Source: an uncultured virus (IMG/VR IMGVR_UViG_3300043436_000583)
Lineage: Duplodnaviria > Heunggongvirae > Uroviricota > Caudoviricetes
Strand: one strand, 5' to 3'
DNA: 64,000 nucleotides
Virus record (IMG/VR): IMGVR_UViG_3300043436_000583
Location: 1-64,000 of that record
Below are positions 21,401-29,340 of this stretch, piece by piece. A program made the position numbers and the translations under genes. Under the pieces are notes generated by a model that worked only from the letters and a program-made list of their open reading frames with translations, did no database searches and was not told the origin of the DNA. Each line of letters begins with the position of its first letter. Positions within the stretch are counted from its first letter, which is position 1.

Positions 21401-23454
21401 TCTTGTACAGCTTCTTTATTAGGTTTGTTTTCTTTAATGATACTTTGTAATATGTCTTGTGTATTAACCCCTGCTGTGAACAATAGATTATTTACCTCAG
21501 GAATACGTAAGTCATAACTACCCACCTTAGCTAAAGAATACACCATTTTATCTAAGATCTCTGATGTATAGCCAGGTTGATTACCATACTTTCTACCCAA
21601 TGAATCATATAGGTCATCAATATTTTTAGTAATCCTTGTAATGTTTGTAAGTCTCTTTAAGAAGTCTTCTCTAGTTTCACCAGCATTTACAATACCATTT
21701 GTAATTAACTCTTGGAATCCTTCTTCTGTAGATGACTGTTGAGAATAATAAGATAACTCTTCTCCAACAGATCCCACCTTACCATATTTAACTCTTGGCA
21801 TAATGTAAGATAGAGTAAAGTCATTCTCAAAATCTTTCTCTGAAACCTTATCATTATTTACAATAGCTTGTTGTCTAGCCTTTTGAGAACCAATACCAAT
21901 ACCAATATATCTAGCATAGTCTCCAAGTACATTTTCAATATTGCTTTGATTCAAAGCACCTAGAGCTATATCTGTATTAGCTCTTCTTTGACCACCTGTA
22001 CCTAATAGTCCTTGTTCTCTAATAGTTCCTCTTGCCTGTTGTAATCCACCAGACAAGCCACCAATTAAGATGCTCTCTAAACCTTCTTTAGTAGAGATGG
22101 CATCATCTACACCCTTACCAAGTACGTTACCCATAACACCACTTAAGCTAGTTAAGAAGTCTTGAGTTCCTTGTCTGTTTCTAAAGGCTCTGTTGAAGTA
22201 ATCATTTGTACCTACTTGGATGGCAAACTGTGCACCTTCTTCAAATGCTTCTGTAGGAGCAAAGAATAGTTTAGAAACATCCTTTGATCTTTGTAACACT
22301 TTTCCAAACTTAGTAGAGGGAACCACTTCTGTGAAAGCAGCACCTTGTCCTTTCTTTTCAATCTGATTAAGTAACAACTTATCAGCTCTGTTAGAAGAAC
22401 CTAATATCTTTGGAAGTTGAATATAGTTTGTACCAGTTAATAATAAAGTATTCATTCCCCAAGTGAAGTTACCAACATTGTTTGAGTAATCATCAATCTC
22501 ATCTAAGTCAGCACCTGTAGGATTCTTACCATATTTTTGAACATATTGTTCTATTGCCTTTTGTCTAAAGTCATTTGTATTTTGTAAAGCCTCCAAGGAA
22601 GCTTCACCAAACGTACCCATTGTAGAAGCAATGATTCTATCAGGGTCACTTAGTATTTTAGCTACAGGAGTCTTTAAATATTTCTGTGCTACAGAATTAA
22701 CTGCACCATCAAATGCAGCAAATTGATTTACCTTTGGTACAGCTACCATTGCTTCCTCAGCAGCAGTAACTGCTTCTAGTCCACGACCTGCTCTAACAAG
22801 AGTATTTGTCTTACCCATTACATTTAGTAACTTAGTCCAAGCCACACCACCCCCTATAGCACCCACTGTATATCCTAAGTTTTTTATCAACTTGTCTGAG
22901 AAGAAGTTAGCAGTCCATATATTATCAGGAGACCACCAATCAGCATCTCTTTCTTTAGCTGTGTAATAGTTAGGAGCAACATCTTCCAATCCTGTAATAA
23001 ACGTTTTATCCATGTCTCTAGTAACATCATTATTATAGAGATTAGAAAACTTACCATTCTTTATAGCAGAACCAGCACCATATAAAAATCCAGCAGTACC
23101 AGCAACAAAAGAAGCTGCAGCAGTGCCTGCCATTTTAATAGCACCATTCTTAAACTTATCTACACTAGACTGTTGTTGACCATACATCTCTTCAAGGTTT
23201 TCACCAGATCTAACAGCAGCATATCTCTCACCACTATAAATATTTGCTGATGGAATAGCTTCTCTACCCTTTGGTTTATCACCTGCATAAGCAGCTTGTA
23301 AAAATAAATCAGTTACAGAAGGAGTAGGTAGTTTAGCTGTCTTTACAGCACCCCCATCACCAAGTACAGGTGTAGTTGGAAAACCTTCAATTGTACCACC
23401 AAGGTTGACAATCTTTGGCTTTGGTCCAAATGTATCTAATGTATTATCTTCCAT
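12454..23454 (-). CDS. Virion-packaged multidomain DNA-dependent RNA polymerase (crAss-like two-barrel RNAP), 3666 aa
   Basis: Catalytic KAGSDFDIDKL (about 14845-14877) preceded by GFRIPTQGLNS; size and position match crAss-like virion RNAPs such as phi14:2 gp66. Confidence 0.92.
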   Translation of the reverse strand: MEDNTLDTFGPKPKIVNLGGTIEGFPTTPVLGDGGAVKTAKLPTPSVTDLFLQAAYAGDKPKGREAIPSANIYSGERYAAVRSGENLEEMYGQQQSSVDKFKNGAIKMAGTAAASFVAGTAGFLYGAGSAIKNGKFSNLYNNDVTRDMDKTFITGLEDVAPNYYTAKERDADWWSPDNIWTANFFSDKLIKNLGYTVGAIGGGVAWTKLLNVMGKTNTLVRAGRGLEAVTAAEEAMVAVPKVNQFAAFDGAVNSVAQKYLKTPVAKILSDPDRIIASTMGTFGEASLEALQNTNDFRQKAIEQYVQKYGKNPTGADLDEIDDYSNNVGNFTWGMNTLLLTGTNYIQLPKILGSSNRADKLLLNQIEKKGQGAAFTEVVPSTKFGKVLQRSKDVSKLFFAPTEAFEEGAQFAIQVGTNDYFNRAFRNRQGTQDFLTSLSGVMGNVLGKGVDDAISTKEGLESILIGGLSGGLQQARGTIREQGLLGTGGQRRANTDIALGALNQSNIENVLGDYARYIGIGIGSQKARQQAIVNNDKVSEKDFENDFTLSYIMPRVKYGKVGSVGEELSYYSQQSSTEEGFQELITNGIVNAGETREDFLKRLTNITRITKNIDDLYDSLGRKYGNQPGYTSEILDKMVYSLAKVGSYDLRIPEVNNLLFTAGVNTQDILQSIIKENKPNKEAVQESLKQINEMDVTSETKDDLKTALSDIIELGLRRKLFIDEYDAIKSKPTDFQFKPDVEFGATGEVPVTVIEEEEDVTSEGEFFPIQTERKLEVGKEYFLKQPVRKQDNTLTLAPKIKVLSQTLGGEYEVQLPRGDVRFLTPEDFATIDLADEGAASPELKDIMDAAIDNVLSTPEFAGVTLPEGEDKLVYINSLDNAQLIDAVETEFNTLSETYLKEQADLQANREKMNAVADKIKSAQTDIAATSGVVPTGNNDEDLMNTPSPKETPKKDASILFTSSTSASVDWEKVLAPNITRYNEFINKVKTFKNKKNIKAIVVTQKQEAALGLAGLGELSFREGNFDTALLNDPIYGFIGLVFVEDKKGERQFVDKNGNPIGKVGEQVELNKVVFTGMPAAKLDNSKGEPRNRAGQEEQAALELAAYEVYRKDLREAAEEEYPIFNFTPSRGIANTDDVKKSVGGVLIPENQIATQQVLTVVTKEGIDHIDGITYKFPNGRPVFQNQDTLEYLNNSNLTKDQASAVYNVLKAMSNEAKQQIAAKKPVKFNEIYKRFLQGVTFYTNADAVAKGVGEGSGNRIYIEGSILHIGSNTYDFANIEKQEIPIISDLQGVFHNVNSFTVNLGLGEPFIEFYVDAAGKLAQRSWKNYQSYLLASKNPDGSGRIAPLTTTVAKPTEAVPYTHKQKYIILNGLELPKQSVAKPAEAGVETYKSNVGAITYKVTTDSKGDFTVELVGENPNIQKIVDNPQLMAVATQQLKDLGKYDELDQPIETAAKFAVEFITAKLVKDRVEVAPVEEKAEQAEQPKNINIGDAEYRRIGRTDVDRISDAELALFKEWHAKNAKNIPYQVLENVIKINNTEKAWGAFENGVAKFFKGAQRGTEYHEIFEGIWKGFLSQGEQQSILDEFKAQTGSFLDRESGRRIDYANATDQQAKERIADDFAEFRLGKLPARNLTEKIKNFFKAIMDFFKSFVNKPTLKEDLFKAINTGEFADRTLPETVKNQAAEYRKIEGVNAKQTNEFVQDITARVFGEIFANNSSLFNIEDITAFDLFNRIREKYIQNNVIGDNPVTQISENQYAKLVERTKEFLKTYRIEFDEDSRVTVNDDGANRKDYAAEAFTVNFKKSSPYAVKLLIGTLIKTKGLSREADTSSIGGLKLLPFNQAFTTLMNRLSNTRSIPEFVSKLHELAKENSDYIRLFERLGGNLTTGKIDFNSYKPHDIRLFTNFYQVFTKQRPDALAMFMDGNNVYTAPANQASAIAATRSEWIENMKTKAEQPGSIISFNGKVYKVKKEDYNIKLPQDKIEFLAQLGIEFPMAVYNKVKNKKAFGDAVSGIKIGLSKTDELMSFGGRKLGIRTQLNELAKLYTVAASPAEDSTYFGVDGNRIQSDTDANYPSLLEYVFNSSDTLKELKQNMPQLNDVFSINSQVLKLGGNFFDKEGNRIAEIKLQYIQGVKDVVDNEGKTTSSLSIGDRYITEMNQNLDGRYYVLIPADSSREWMMNLGNTIAYTDVAAGNADKLFTDTFLGYLKDEIKLAQDSTNRAKLRNVGDKATELRFLKDMLPANLLKKINTLIEKRASEAEINNFIAKNRKDKEEQPGLDSSILKSLNDTVTKTRQNLVETQKVIASKQAGSFLMPELENRFTEKAGLNKLALADQDVNNVIKFANANYMINNVEFHKILFGDPYQFKIEGNQLDETKRIKSFLSPRRITVNSDEFNNLFNSEYNTVAGVQLTSEDYGYHEHKNFAKTFTAADVEVTDSFYPKTNEADAASWIMDGAFKEVKLKNGQWSDEAEVWHQWQMAYTRQNVPGYKYKSEALRKHDEALIEQSEPKNFIEELKPIVSGNKFGKTNFDLVLDKFSQMPLYYKAIKGTNLGKLYEKMFKEGYDYAVVVSGRKVGAEKLHKLYNEDGNFNEEAFNNTINVGWDAYGIQVENSYDKDSKQTLGSQLTKLATVDLYSDGKANNEAAKKAVEKNTEVLKEMLLNGYQELLRKLSIEDLGDNFVVKDKTVVADTLRQEMLKRKMSENGIDSISIDPEIGEFYIPFEASTNYIQIKSILYSIVDKSIVSPKVNGFPAVQVPVTMWEKAGESRGEGLKKSALKFYSKEDPYMEVYLPAWFKKQLPQGKTDEELIELLKDSEILKGIGFRIPTQGLNSAEVFRIKGFLPEFMGKTIVVPSEITTKAGSDFDIDKLNLYLKNIYVTPSGEIKSVPFFGYGDQAKEAIKKFIFEEDIKAMLDINSEISGSRIDDYGTLADKLYKQSLENEYFRSLETLLTLPDNFDRLTSPNTDTTLKEIAGNLDTLRGEDEGDIKNRLLDRNYMTNQRHAFLTGKRWIGIAAVNITGNSLAQKTDVFVENPQTEMALSHNKFKDGGFEHISLSGMKDQSEEPKYISDKLSMYANAFVDIAKDPYIMKIIYSNRVVGTFMLLERAGVPMKTVAMFMNQPIIREHIKNLDANGAPRYAISNADYIKQAKINFPASTKAIQAATVAEGNFEDNISSYAKDTMNETQNAEQHKILNEFLSYVTLADENFNFTQAINYDTSTFRNADDFYRKEMMTDRAQNKGAISSPQKVLDSSFLGTEKTVLDQSNSALGAILKFNQPEFRGVLENTIQQYAEKFYMAKDTFNRVAEKATASLLDYIIQTGRKNALNISELSFGPGSVAVKLEEDKQKYPNVQILQDLVVVSAERPNSPKTIKLKANTKEAYDENMYIGMMRELRDNPNTNQLFKDLIKVAIIQGTYQSAVSIKNIVPIEDYSTEVKDIVNTAVVDTNVQEFAKNNWFQRNNWKNPDITPAIAPYIDEESITELGEFKNEIVSQYKFTGFVEIPEVGIGENDKLVLSVGERSKAAGYDMITIPRIITTKYGEMIDFMTGKTITRAGYAELKAKGDPIIGQMFGYQKVKFISGEALRTYQGKFVFKMVNLYGDGQFISEYYKFNKPSELDNNTGKVTDEIPNSEIIKYFTGIVENEVNSQPETETDLSTKDFKCKF

Positions 23455-23459
23455 TTATA

Positions 23460-26234
23460 TTATTGTTGAGTTAAGAGAGCTTGGATAAACTGTGGATTTA
23501 CACCATTAAATCCATTGATAATTGTTCTTATATCTGGCATACCAGGTAAGTTCTTTATACCTGAGTTTACACCATCAGTAACAAAAATGTGTGGATAGTA
23601 CAATCCATTTTTATATGAGATGTTAGCTTTTGCATCATACACACTGTTCTTACTTAAATTTTTAAAACTATTTTTTTCAAAGTAAGCATCACCACTTAAG
23701 TATGTTTGCTTTTCTTTAGGATCACCAATAGAAGTTTTATCACCAGTTGCTTGAATATACATTTTAAGATTTGTAATATCTTGTGGTTCAAATAAAGTAG
23801 AATAGTCAATGTTAAGTCTAGTTGCTTCATTTTGAGATATAACCATACCTCCTAATCTACTCACACCATCTCCACCATATGCTACAATTTCTACCATAGG
23901 TTTGTCTCCTGACATTGGACTAATTTGTGCTTCATAAGTAACATCTTTACCACCAACGTTGCTAACAAACCCATTAAAGTCAGCAGAAGAGTTTTTTCCC
24001 TTTGTATTATAATCACCAGCAAATCTTACTAAATTATCCACTGTAACTTTATCATCACCAGCATCTCCAGTTATCAATCCTTTCTTAAGACTTGGTCTTT
24101 CATAATAATACTTTTTAAGAGCCTCTGCTTGTAATTTTAATGTTGAACCATAATCATCTCCAAATTTATTAACTATCTTATTTACTTGAGACAAATCAAT
24201 TTTTGGTATTGCACCAACTCCTGGAACTCCTGGTATTCCACCAAGTGAGTTAACTGCTATGTTACCATACATCTTTGCAGATCTTGTAAGACCAGTTGCT
24301 AAATCAGGAGCATCTCCATATTGTAACAACGCAAGAGAAAGTAAATCACCTTTACCTTTTTCATTTAATCTAGTCTCAGCTCTCTTTGCTGCTTCTCTTG
24401 CAGTTTTATCATTTAAGAAACCAAGTGAAGAAGAGTTACCTTTTAAATAAACTGCTATATCATAAAGATCATCTGGAGTGGCTACAACTGGTTTACCATT
24501 AACAATACCACCTACAGATTTTATACCATCTAATAAAAACTCTTGACTTACATTTTTATTAGGTGACTTAGCTTGTGCATCTTGAAGAGCTTTTGATTTT
24601 ACAGCATTCAATACACTGTAGTTTGTCTTTGTAGCTTTATATAATTCATATGCATCTTGAAGATCAGGATTGTTCTCCCTTTCTTTAGCATTCATATTAT
24701 TATAAGCAATGTCAGTTTTGTTACCAAACCTAGCTCTAAACGCTTCAGGAGTTTCTTTAGTTTTAGCTGCTAAAGTATCAATTATAGTTTTAATAGCTTC
24801 ATCTGGATTACGACCATTTGCTAACATTGAATTATAAGTAGCTTGATTTGCAGGTACTTTAGATAGAGCTGCACTCCAAATAAAGTTATCAGATGCATTT
24901 ATATAGTTATTTGCAGCATCACCTAACTCTGATTCAAAGCCATAAACTATATCACGATCTCCTGGTTTATCAGCTTCTTCAAATCCATCATCTGTAATAA
25001 CAGTTCCATCACTACTCACTCTTGTACCTTTACCACCTTTTGATTTACTAAGAAGAACTTGTAAAGCTCTATCCTTTGCCTTCTCCTCAACACTTGTTTT
25101 TAATGATGTCATTTTAAAGTTCATCTCAGTAACAAAGTTTCTTTGATCTTGAGCTTCTTGTTGAAGTTTAAAATTATATTCAGCACCTGGATTGGCCATT
25201 GATAGTTCCTTAGTTTTCATCTCACCAAACATTGTGGTGAATCTACTTTTAACATCATCCTTATATAATAAAGATCTGACAGCATCTGGATTATCCTGAG
25301 CTACAGAAACTATTTCATCATATTGACTTCTTACATTATTCTTCTTTAATTCAAGTTGATCTATTTGAGCTTGGACATTCTTACCTGTACCTTTTTGTAA
25401 AGCTAATTCCTCAATTGCATTATCATACTTAGAAATAATGTTTTCTTTTTGTAAGTTGATTTTTTGAGTTAGCATCTCTGGAGAATAACCTCTATATTCA
25501 TATTGACCTGATATATCTAATTGCTGACTCACTCTACTATCAGAAAAGATTTGTTCTATAGTTTGTTTTACCTTCTCTGGAAATCTACCTTCCTGCTCTA
25601 GTCTTTTCATCACTGGAGAATAGATAGGTTTACCTTTTTCATCAACTTTTATATTACCATTTGCATCTGTTTCATAAACCATATCTGTTGTAAAATTATC
25701 AGGCTTTATAGAATCAAATGTTTCTTTAGCAAACTTCTGTACATCAAAATAAGGGATATAACCTGCTGAAAACTTTTGACCAGCTTTATCAGAAGACAAC
25801 CAACTGTTAGCTTTCTTATTGAAATAATCAACATTAGCTGGACTTGACTTACCTTCATCTACATCCTTTTGTAACTTAGATAGTTCTTTTCTATAATTGG
25901 CTGTAGAGTATACAGCATTCTGAACTGTAGGGTCTTTGATAACTTGAGTAGCCATACCTCCCACAGAGTTAACTAATTGCTGATTAGAGAAGTCTCCTGC
26001 TGCAACAGTCTTTAATCTACTACCCAAGTCATTTAGCTTGGACTGTAGATACTTTTTGTCAGCATCATTGACAACGTCCATGCCAGCAATATTATCTACA
26101 TATCCCTGAATTTTTTGCACACCTTGGTCATACTGTTGTTGCTTTTGAGTGCCAACAGTGACCATTGCTTCTATCAAAGGGGCCTTTGATACGTATGGGT
26201 TAAAGGTTGATATTTGATCTGTAAACGATGCCAT
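23460..26234 (-). CDS. Probable internal virion (ejection/cargo) protein, 924 aa
   Basis: Long helical-looking ORF between the cargo and RNAP genes; synteny only. Confidence 0.6.
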   Translation of the reverse strand: MASFTDQISTFNPYVSKAPLIEAMVTVGTQKQQQYDQGVQKIQGYVDNIAGMDVVNDADKKYLQSKLNDLGSRLKTVAAGDFSNQQLVNSVGGMATQVIKDPTVQNAVYSTANYRKELSKLQKDVDEGKSSPANVDYFNKKANSWLSSDKAGQKFSAGYIPYFDVQKFAKETFDSIKPDNFTTDMVYETDANGNIKVDEKGKPIYSPVMKRLEQEGRFPEKVKQTIEQIFSDSRVSQQLDISGQYEYRGYSPEMLTQKINLQKENIISKYDNAIEELALQKGTGKNVQAQIDQLELKKNNVRSQYDEIVSVAQDNPDAVRSLLYKDDVKSRFTTMFGEMKTKELSMANPGAEYNFKLQQEAQDQRNFVTEMNFKMTSLKTSVEEKAKDRALQVLLSKSKGGKGTRVSSDGTVITDDGFEEADKPGDRDIVYGFESELGDAANNYINASDNFIWSAALSKVPANQATYNSMLANGRNPDEAIKTIIDTLAAKTKETPEAFRARFGNKTDIAYNNMNAKERENNPDLQDAYELYKATKTNYSVLNAVKSKALQDAQAKSPNKNVSQEFLLDGIKSVGGIVNGKPVVATPDDLYDIAVYLKGNSSSLGFLNDKTAREAAKRAETRLNEKGKGDLLSLALLQYGDAPDLATGLTRSAKMYGNIAVNSLGGIPGVPGVGAIPKIDLSQVNKIVNKFGDDYGSTLKLQAEALKKYYYERPSLKKGLITGDAGDDKVTVDNLVRFAGDYNTKGKNSSADFNGFVSNVGGKDVTYEAQISPMSGDKPMVEIVAYGGDGVSRLGGMVISQNEATRLNIDYSTLFEPQDITNLKMYIQATGDKTSIGDPKEKQTYLSGDAYFEKNSFKNLSKNSVYDAKANISYKNGLYYPHIFVTDGVNSGIKNLPGMPDIRTIINGFNGVNPQFIQALLTQQ

Positions 26235-26238
26235 AATA

Positions 26239-26269
26239 CAAAATTAATTTAAAATATTAGAATTACCAA
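26239..26269 (-). promoter_or_regulatory. Bacteroidota-type promoter for the RNAP operon
   Basis: TTG, 20 nt, TAATTTTG, ending 4 nt before the ATG at 26234. Confidence 0.65.
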
Positions 26270-26310
26270 GAGTAATAACATTTTTTGGTAAATCACTATA
26301 ACTTAATTAG

Positions 26311-29300
26311 TTATAGATTTTTTAAAGCTTGAACAATAGAACCATTTCTGCTTGTCTTAGAAGTTCTGGTTCTTTCCTTACTTCCTGTAATATTGCCAGT
26401 TTTATCTCTACTAACAATTCTCTCATATAGGTCTTTTATTTTACTTTTATCTAAGTTTGATAAACCTTCTATGCCAACTCCTTCAGGTATATTAAACTGA
26501 GCAGGAGCATTAGTGTTGTAAGCTACACCACTTGGAGAGAATCTGTAGTTGTACATGTTCTCATAAACGTTAAGTGTTTGATTCTCAAGCTTGTTCTGAG
26601 CAGTTTTATTAGCAATAGATTTAAGAGCTTCAAGAGCTTGAGCTCTAGTGTTAGATTTAGCTTGGGCCTGTCTAACGTATTGTTGATCAAGGATTTGTAA
26701 GTTTTTCAACTGAGCATCATTTAACAAAGCTCTGTTTCTATTGTAAGTACTCATCTTGTTAGCTTGATTGACTCTGCTTTGTTCTCCCAATACTCTGTTC
26801 TTAGCTTCTAATGACTGAGCCATAATCTGTGCTTGGGCTGCTGGATTTGAACCTGCAGCTCTGATGGCAGCTCTAGACTGAGAGTCAATAGCATTAATCT
26901 GATCATTAAAAGAAATGTCATATGGAGTATCTAACATTGGCTGGAAGGTTTGAGCCTGTACAGGTTCTAACTGATTGGTAGCCATTGCATAATATTCAGG
27001 ATATATCTCTTCAGGGTCAAGACCTAATTTAGTTCTAGGTCTTAAGAATGGAGCAATGTTTGACAAAGCCATTTGACCTAACCCTTTCCAATCAAAACCT
27101 TTTCCTTTGTCTGCAGCTTCTTCAGCTACATCAGGAAGTAAGTTATTACTTGTACTTAACTTATCACCAGTCACTGTAACTGTAGGAAGAGTTGTATTCA
27201 TTGAACTATATCCTGGTTGATAAGGTATTTGAGTATATTCATCTCTTGTAGGAACTCCACTTAATGCTGAAGACACAACATTGTTTACAATATCTCTTCC
27301 TGTAGGGCCAGGATATAAATCAGGAGCATCTGAAAATGGTGTACCACTATATGGAACATTAGTTCCTTTTTGTGCTATCATACGAGGATCTTTTTCTTTT
27401 ACTAATTTGCCTTGTGCTAACTCATCACTTTTAACACCTAACTCACTAGCTGTATCAAGAATAGCATTCTGAACAGCTGCTAAGTTTTGTTTTAAAATAG
27501 CTGCACTTCTTAATTTCATGTTGGCTCCCATAAGTTGAGCTTGACTTGTATTCATTTTCAATTGATCAAACCCACTATTTCCTGTAGTCATATCAGCTCT
27601 TTCTGTAGCTTTTTCTATTAGCTTATTTTGTTTCTTTTCTACATTGCTTATATCTGTAGCAACATGTTTAAACTTCTTACCTTTTGCATCTGCTATACCA
27701 AACTCATCAGCAGCCATTTGTGATAATTTCATATTACCAAATACCACCATGCTGCTATCACGTCCACCATCTTTTAACTTAACTGCTGGTTCACCACCTT
27801 CAACTTCTACACCATTCTCACCAAAGTTAATAGGGATACCACCATTATCATGTGATCTACCTTTGAACATAACTGTCTCACCACCATCTGGTAAGAAAGG
27901 ATTATAAGAAATAGTTTCTGCTTTACCACCTTCAATTACTTCTAAGTCACCATTCATATCTGATGCTTTACCATTTTTAGCTCTAGGATATTTGTCTGTA
28001 TCAAACATCATATTAGTAGATGTCATACGTCCACCATTGTCAAACATTCCACTAGTTACTGCACTTTTTAATTTATTAGCCTGTTTACTATTTTGAACTG
28101 TATCTATTATACCTTTGTTTAACATACCCATGGCTAATCCTGCAAAAGCTTTAGGCATATCTGGTCTACCAGTGTATAATGCTGACGCACTAGGAGGAGT
28201 GTAAGGTACTTGTGCAAGATGACCACCACTTCTTAACATATCTGCATCATAAGGAGGCTTTAACAAATCTTTAACATTGTATTCACCAAACTTAGCAATC
28301 ACTTGTGGATTGTATTCAGGATTCATATATCCACCATGTTCCATAGACTTACTAAACTGACCACTTTGCAATTGATTTTGCCATGCTGCTTGTTGACTAT
28401 TAAGAGCAGATTGATCTTGATACTTTTTTAATTCTCTAGCATCTTTAGCACCACCTAATAAGTTACCTCCAACTTGACCTATTATTTTACCAGCCATACC
28501 ACCAAGAGGACCACCTAACATAGTACCTATAGCTTCACCTGCAGCACCACCAATTTGTGCTTGACCAGAATCTTGGAAGTACTCTCCAAACTCTGCTTTG
28601 GGCATCTTACCACCTTTCTTGTATTGTTTTATATTCTTAGATTCAATTGGTTCATATCCACCATCTGTATAAATATCACCAGGATTGTATGTATTTTGAA
28701 TCTCTGTAGGATTGCCACCAATCATTGTACCATTCTGAGCTGCTAAATAGTTTGTACCTGTACCATAGGGATTACCTAATTGTCCAGGTTGTACTAAAGA
28801 ATCTTCAGGTCTTACATACTTACGCTCAACTTTTTCTCTTGTAGTAGCAGCTTGGCTAGCAAGTCCTGCTAGTTGAGCTGATTGATTAGCCTTCTTGATA
28901 TTTTTCTTTTGTTGACCTATTGCTTGTGCACCACCTATAATTGCTGGTATAGCATTAAGACCAGCCATAGCTGCACCTGCTGCATCAAATCCACCACCAG
29001 CAGCTTTTGCACTACCAAATCCTTCAGGAGGAGGAGTTGCTCCATAACCTGCAGCCATTGTATCATACTGACTTACAGACTTTCCACTCATAGGCATTTG
29101 AAACATTCCTGTATTAGGATTAACTGAACTACCATATTGAGCAATAGGAGGATTACCAAAGTCAGTTAACTGATGTAATTGATCATTAACCATTTTACTA
29201 CCCATAGCAGCTTTCTTAAATGCTTTACCATGAGCTTTCATAAATGCTTTCTCTGATGGATATTTCTTGTAGAATTCCTTCTCAGATTTAACTTTAGCCA

Positions 29301-29322
29301 TCTTTAACATTTGGTCTTTCAT
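26311..29322 (-). CDS. Probable cargo/ejection (pilot-like) protein, 1003 aa
   Basis: Glycine-zipper segment GGAAGEAIGTMLGGPLGGMAG, GRSHDNGGI...EVEGGE motif, Gln-rich C-terminal coiled coil; lies downstream of the muzzle genes. Confidence 0.65.
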   Translation of the reverse strand: MKDQMLKMAKVKSEKEFYKKYPSEKAFMKAHGKAFKKAAMGSKMVNDQLHQLTDFGNPPIAQYGSSVNPNTGMFQMPMSGKSVSQYDTMAAGYGATPPPEGFGSAKAAGGGFDAAGAAMAGLNAIPAIIGGAQAIGQQKKNIKKANQSAQLAGLASQAATTREKVERKYVRPEDSLVQPGQLGNPYGTGTNYLAAQNGTMIGGNPTEIQNTYNPGDIYTDGGYEPIESKNIKQYKKGGKMPKAEFGEYFQDSGQAQIGGAAGEAIGTMLGGPLGGMAGKIIGQVGGNLLGGAKDARELKKYQDQSALNSQQAAWQNQLQSGQFSKSMEHGGYMNPEYNPQVIAKFGEYNVKDLLKPPYDADMLRSGGHLAQVPYTPPSASALYTGRPDMPKAFAGLAMGMLNKGIIDTVQNSKQANKLKSAVTSGMFDNGGRMTSTNMMFDTDKYPRAKNGKASDMNGDLEVIEGGKAETISYNPFLPDGGETVMFKGRSHDNGGIPINFGENGVEVEGGEPAVKLKDGGRDSSMVVFGNMKLSQMAADEFGIADAKGKKFKHVATDISNVEKKQNKLIEKATERADMTTGNSGFDQLKMNTSQAQLMGANMKLRSAAILKQNLAAVQNAILDTASELGVKSDELAQGKLVKEKDPRMIAQKGTNVPYSGTPFSDAPDLYPGPTGRDIVNNVVSSALSGVPTRDEYTQIPYQPGYSSMNTTLPTVTVTGDKLSTSNNLLPDVAEEAADKGKGFDWKGLGQMALSNIAPFLRPRTKLGLDPEEIYPEYYAMATNQLEPVQAQTFQPMLDTPYDISFNDQINAIDSQSRAAIRAAGSNPAAQAQIMAQSLEAKNRVLGEQSRVNQANKMSTYNRNRALLNDAQLKNLQILDQQYVRQAQAKSNTRAQALEALKSIANKTAQNKLENQTLNVYENMYNYRFSPSGVAYNTNAPAQFNIPEGVGIEGLSNLDKSKIKDLYERIVSRDKTGNITGSKERTRTSKTSRNGSIVQALKNL

Positions 29323-29340
29323 ATTATACTATTGTATGAT

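Noticed and set aside
7448..23454. Stop-codon reassignment (TAG or TGA), known in some Crassvirales
   Set aside because: The giant late genes are uninterrupted in the standard code and genes pack tightly, mostly ending in TAA
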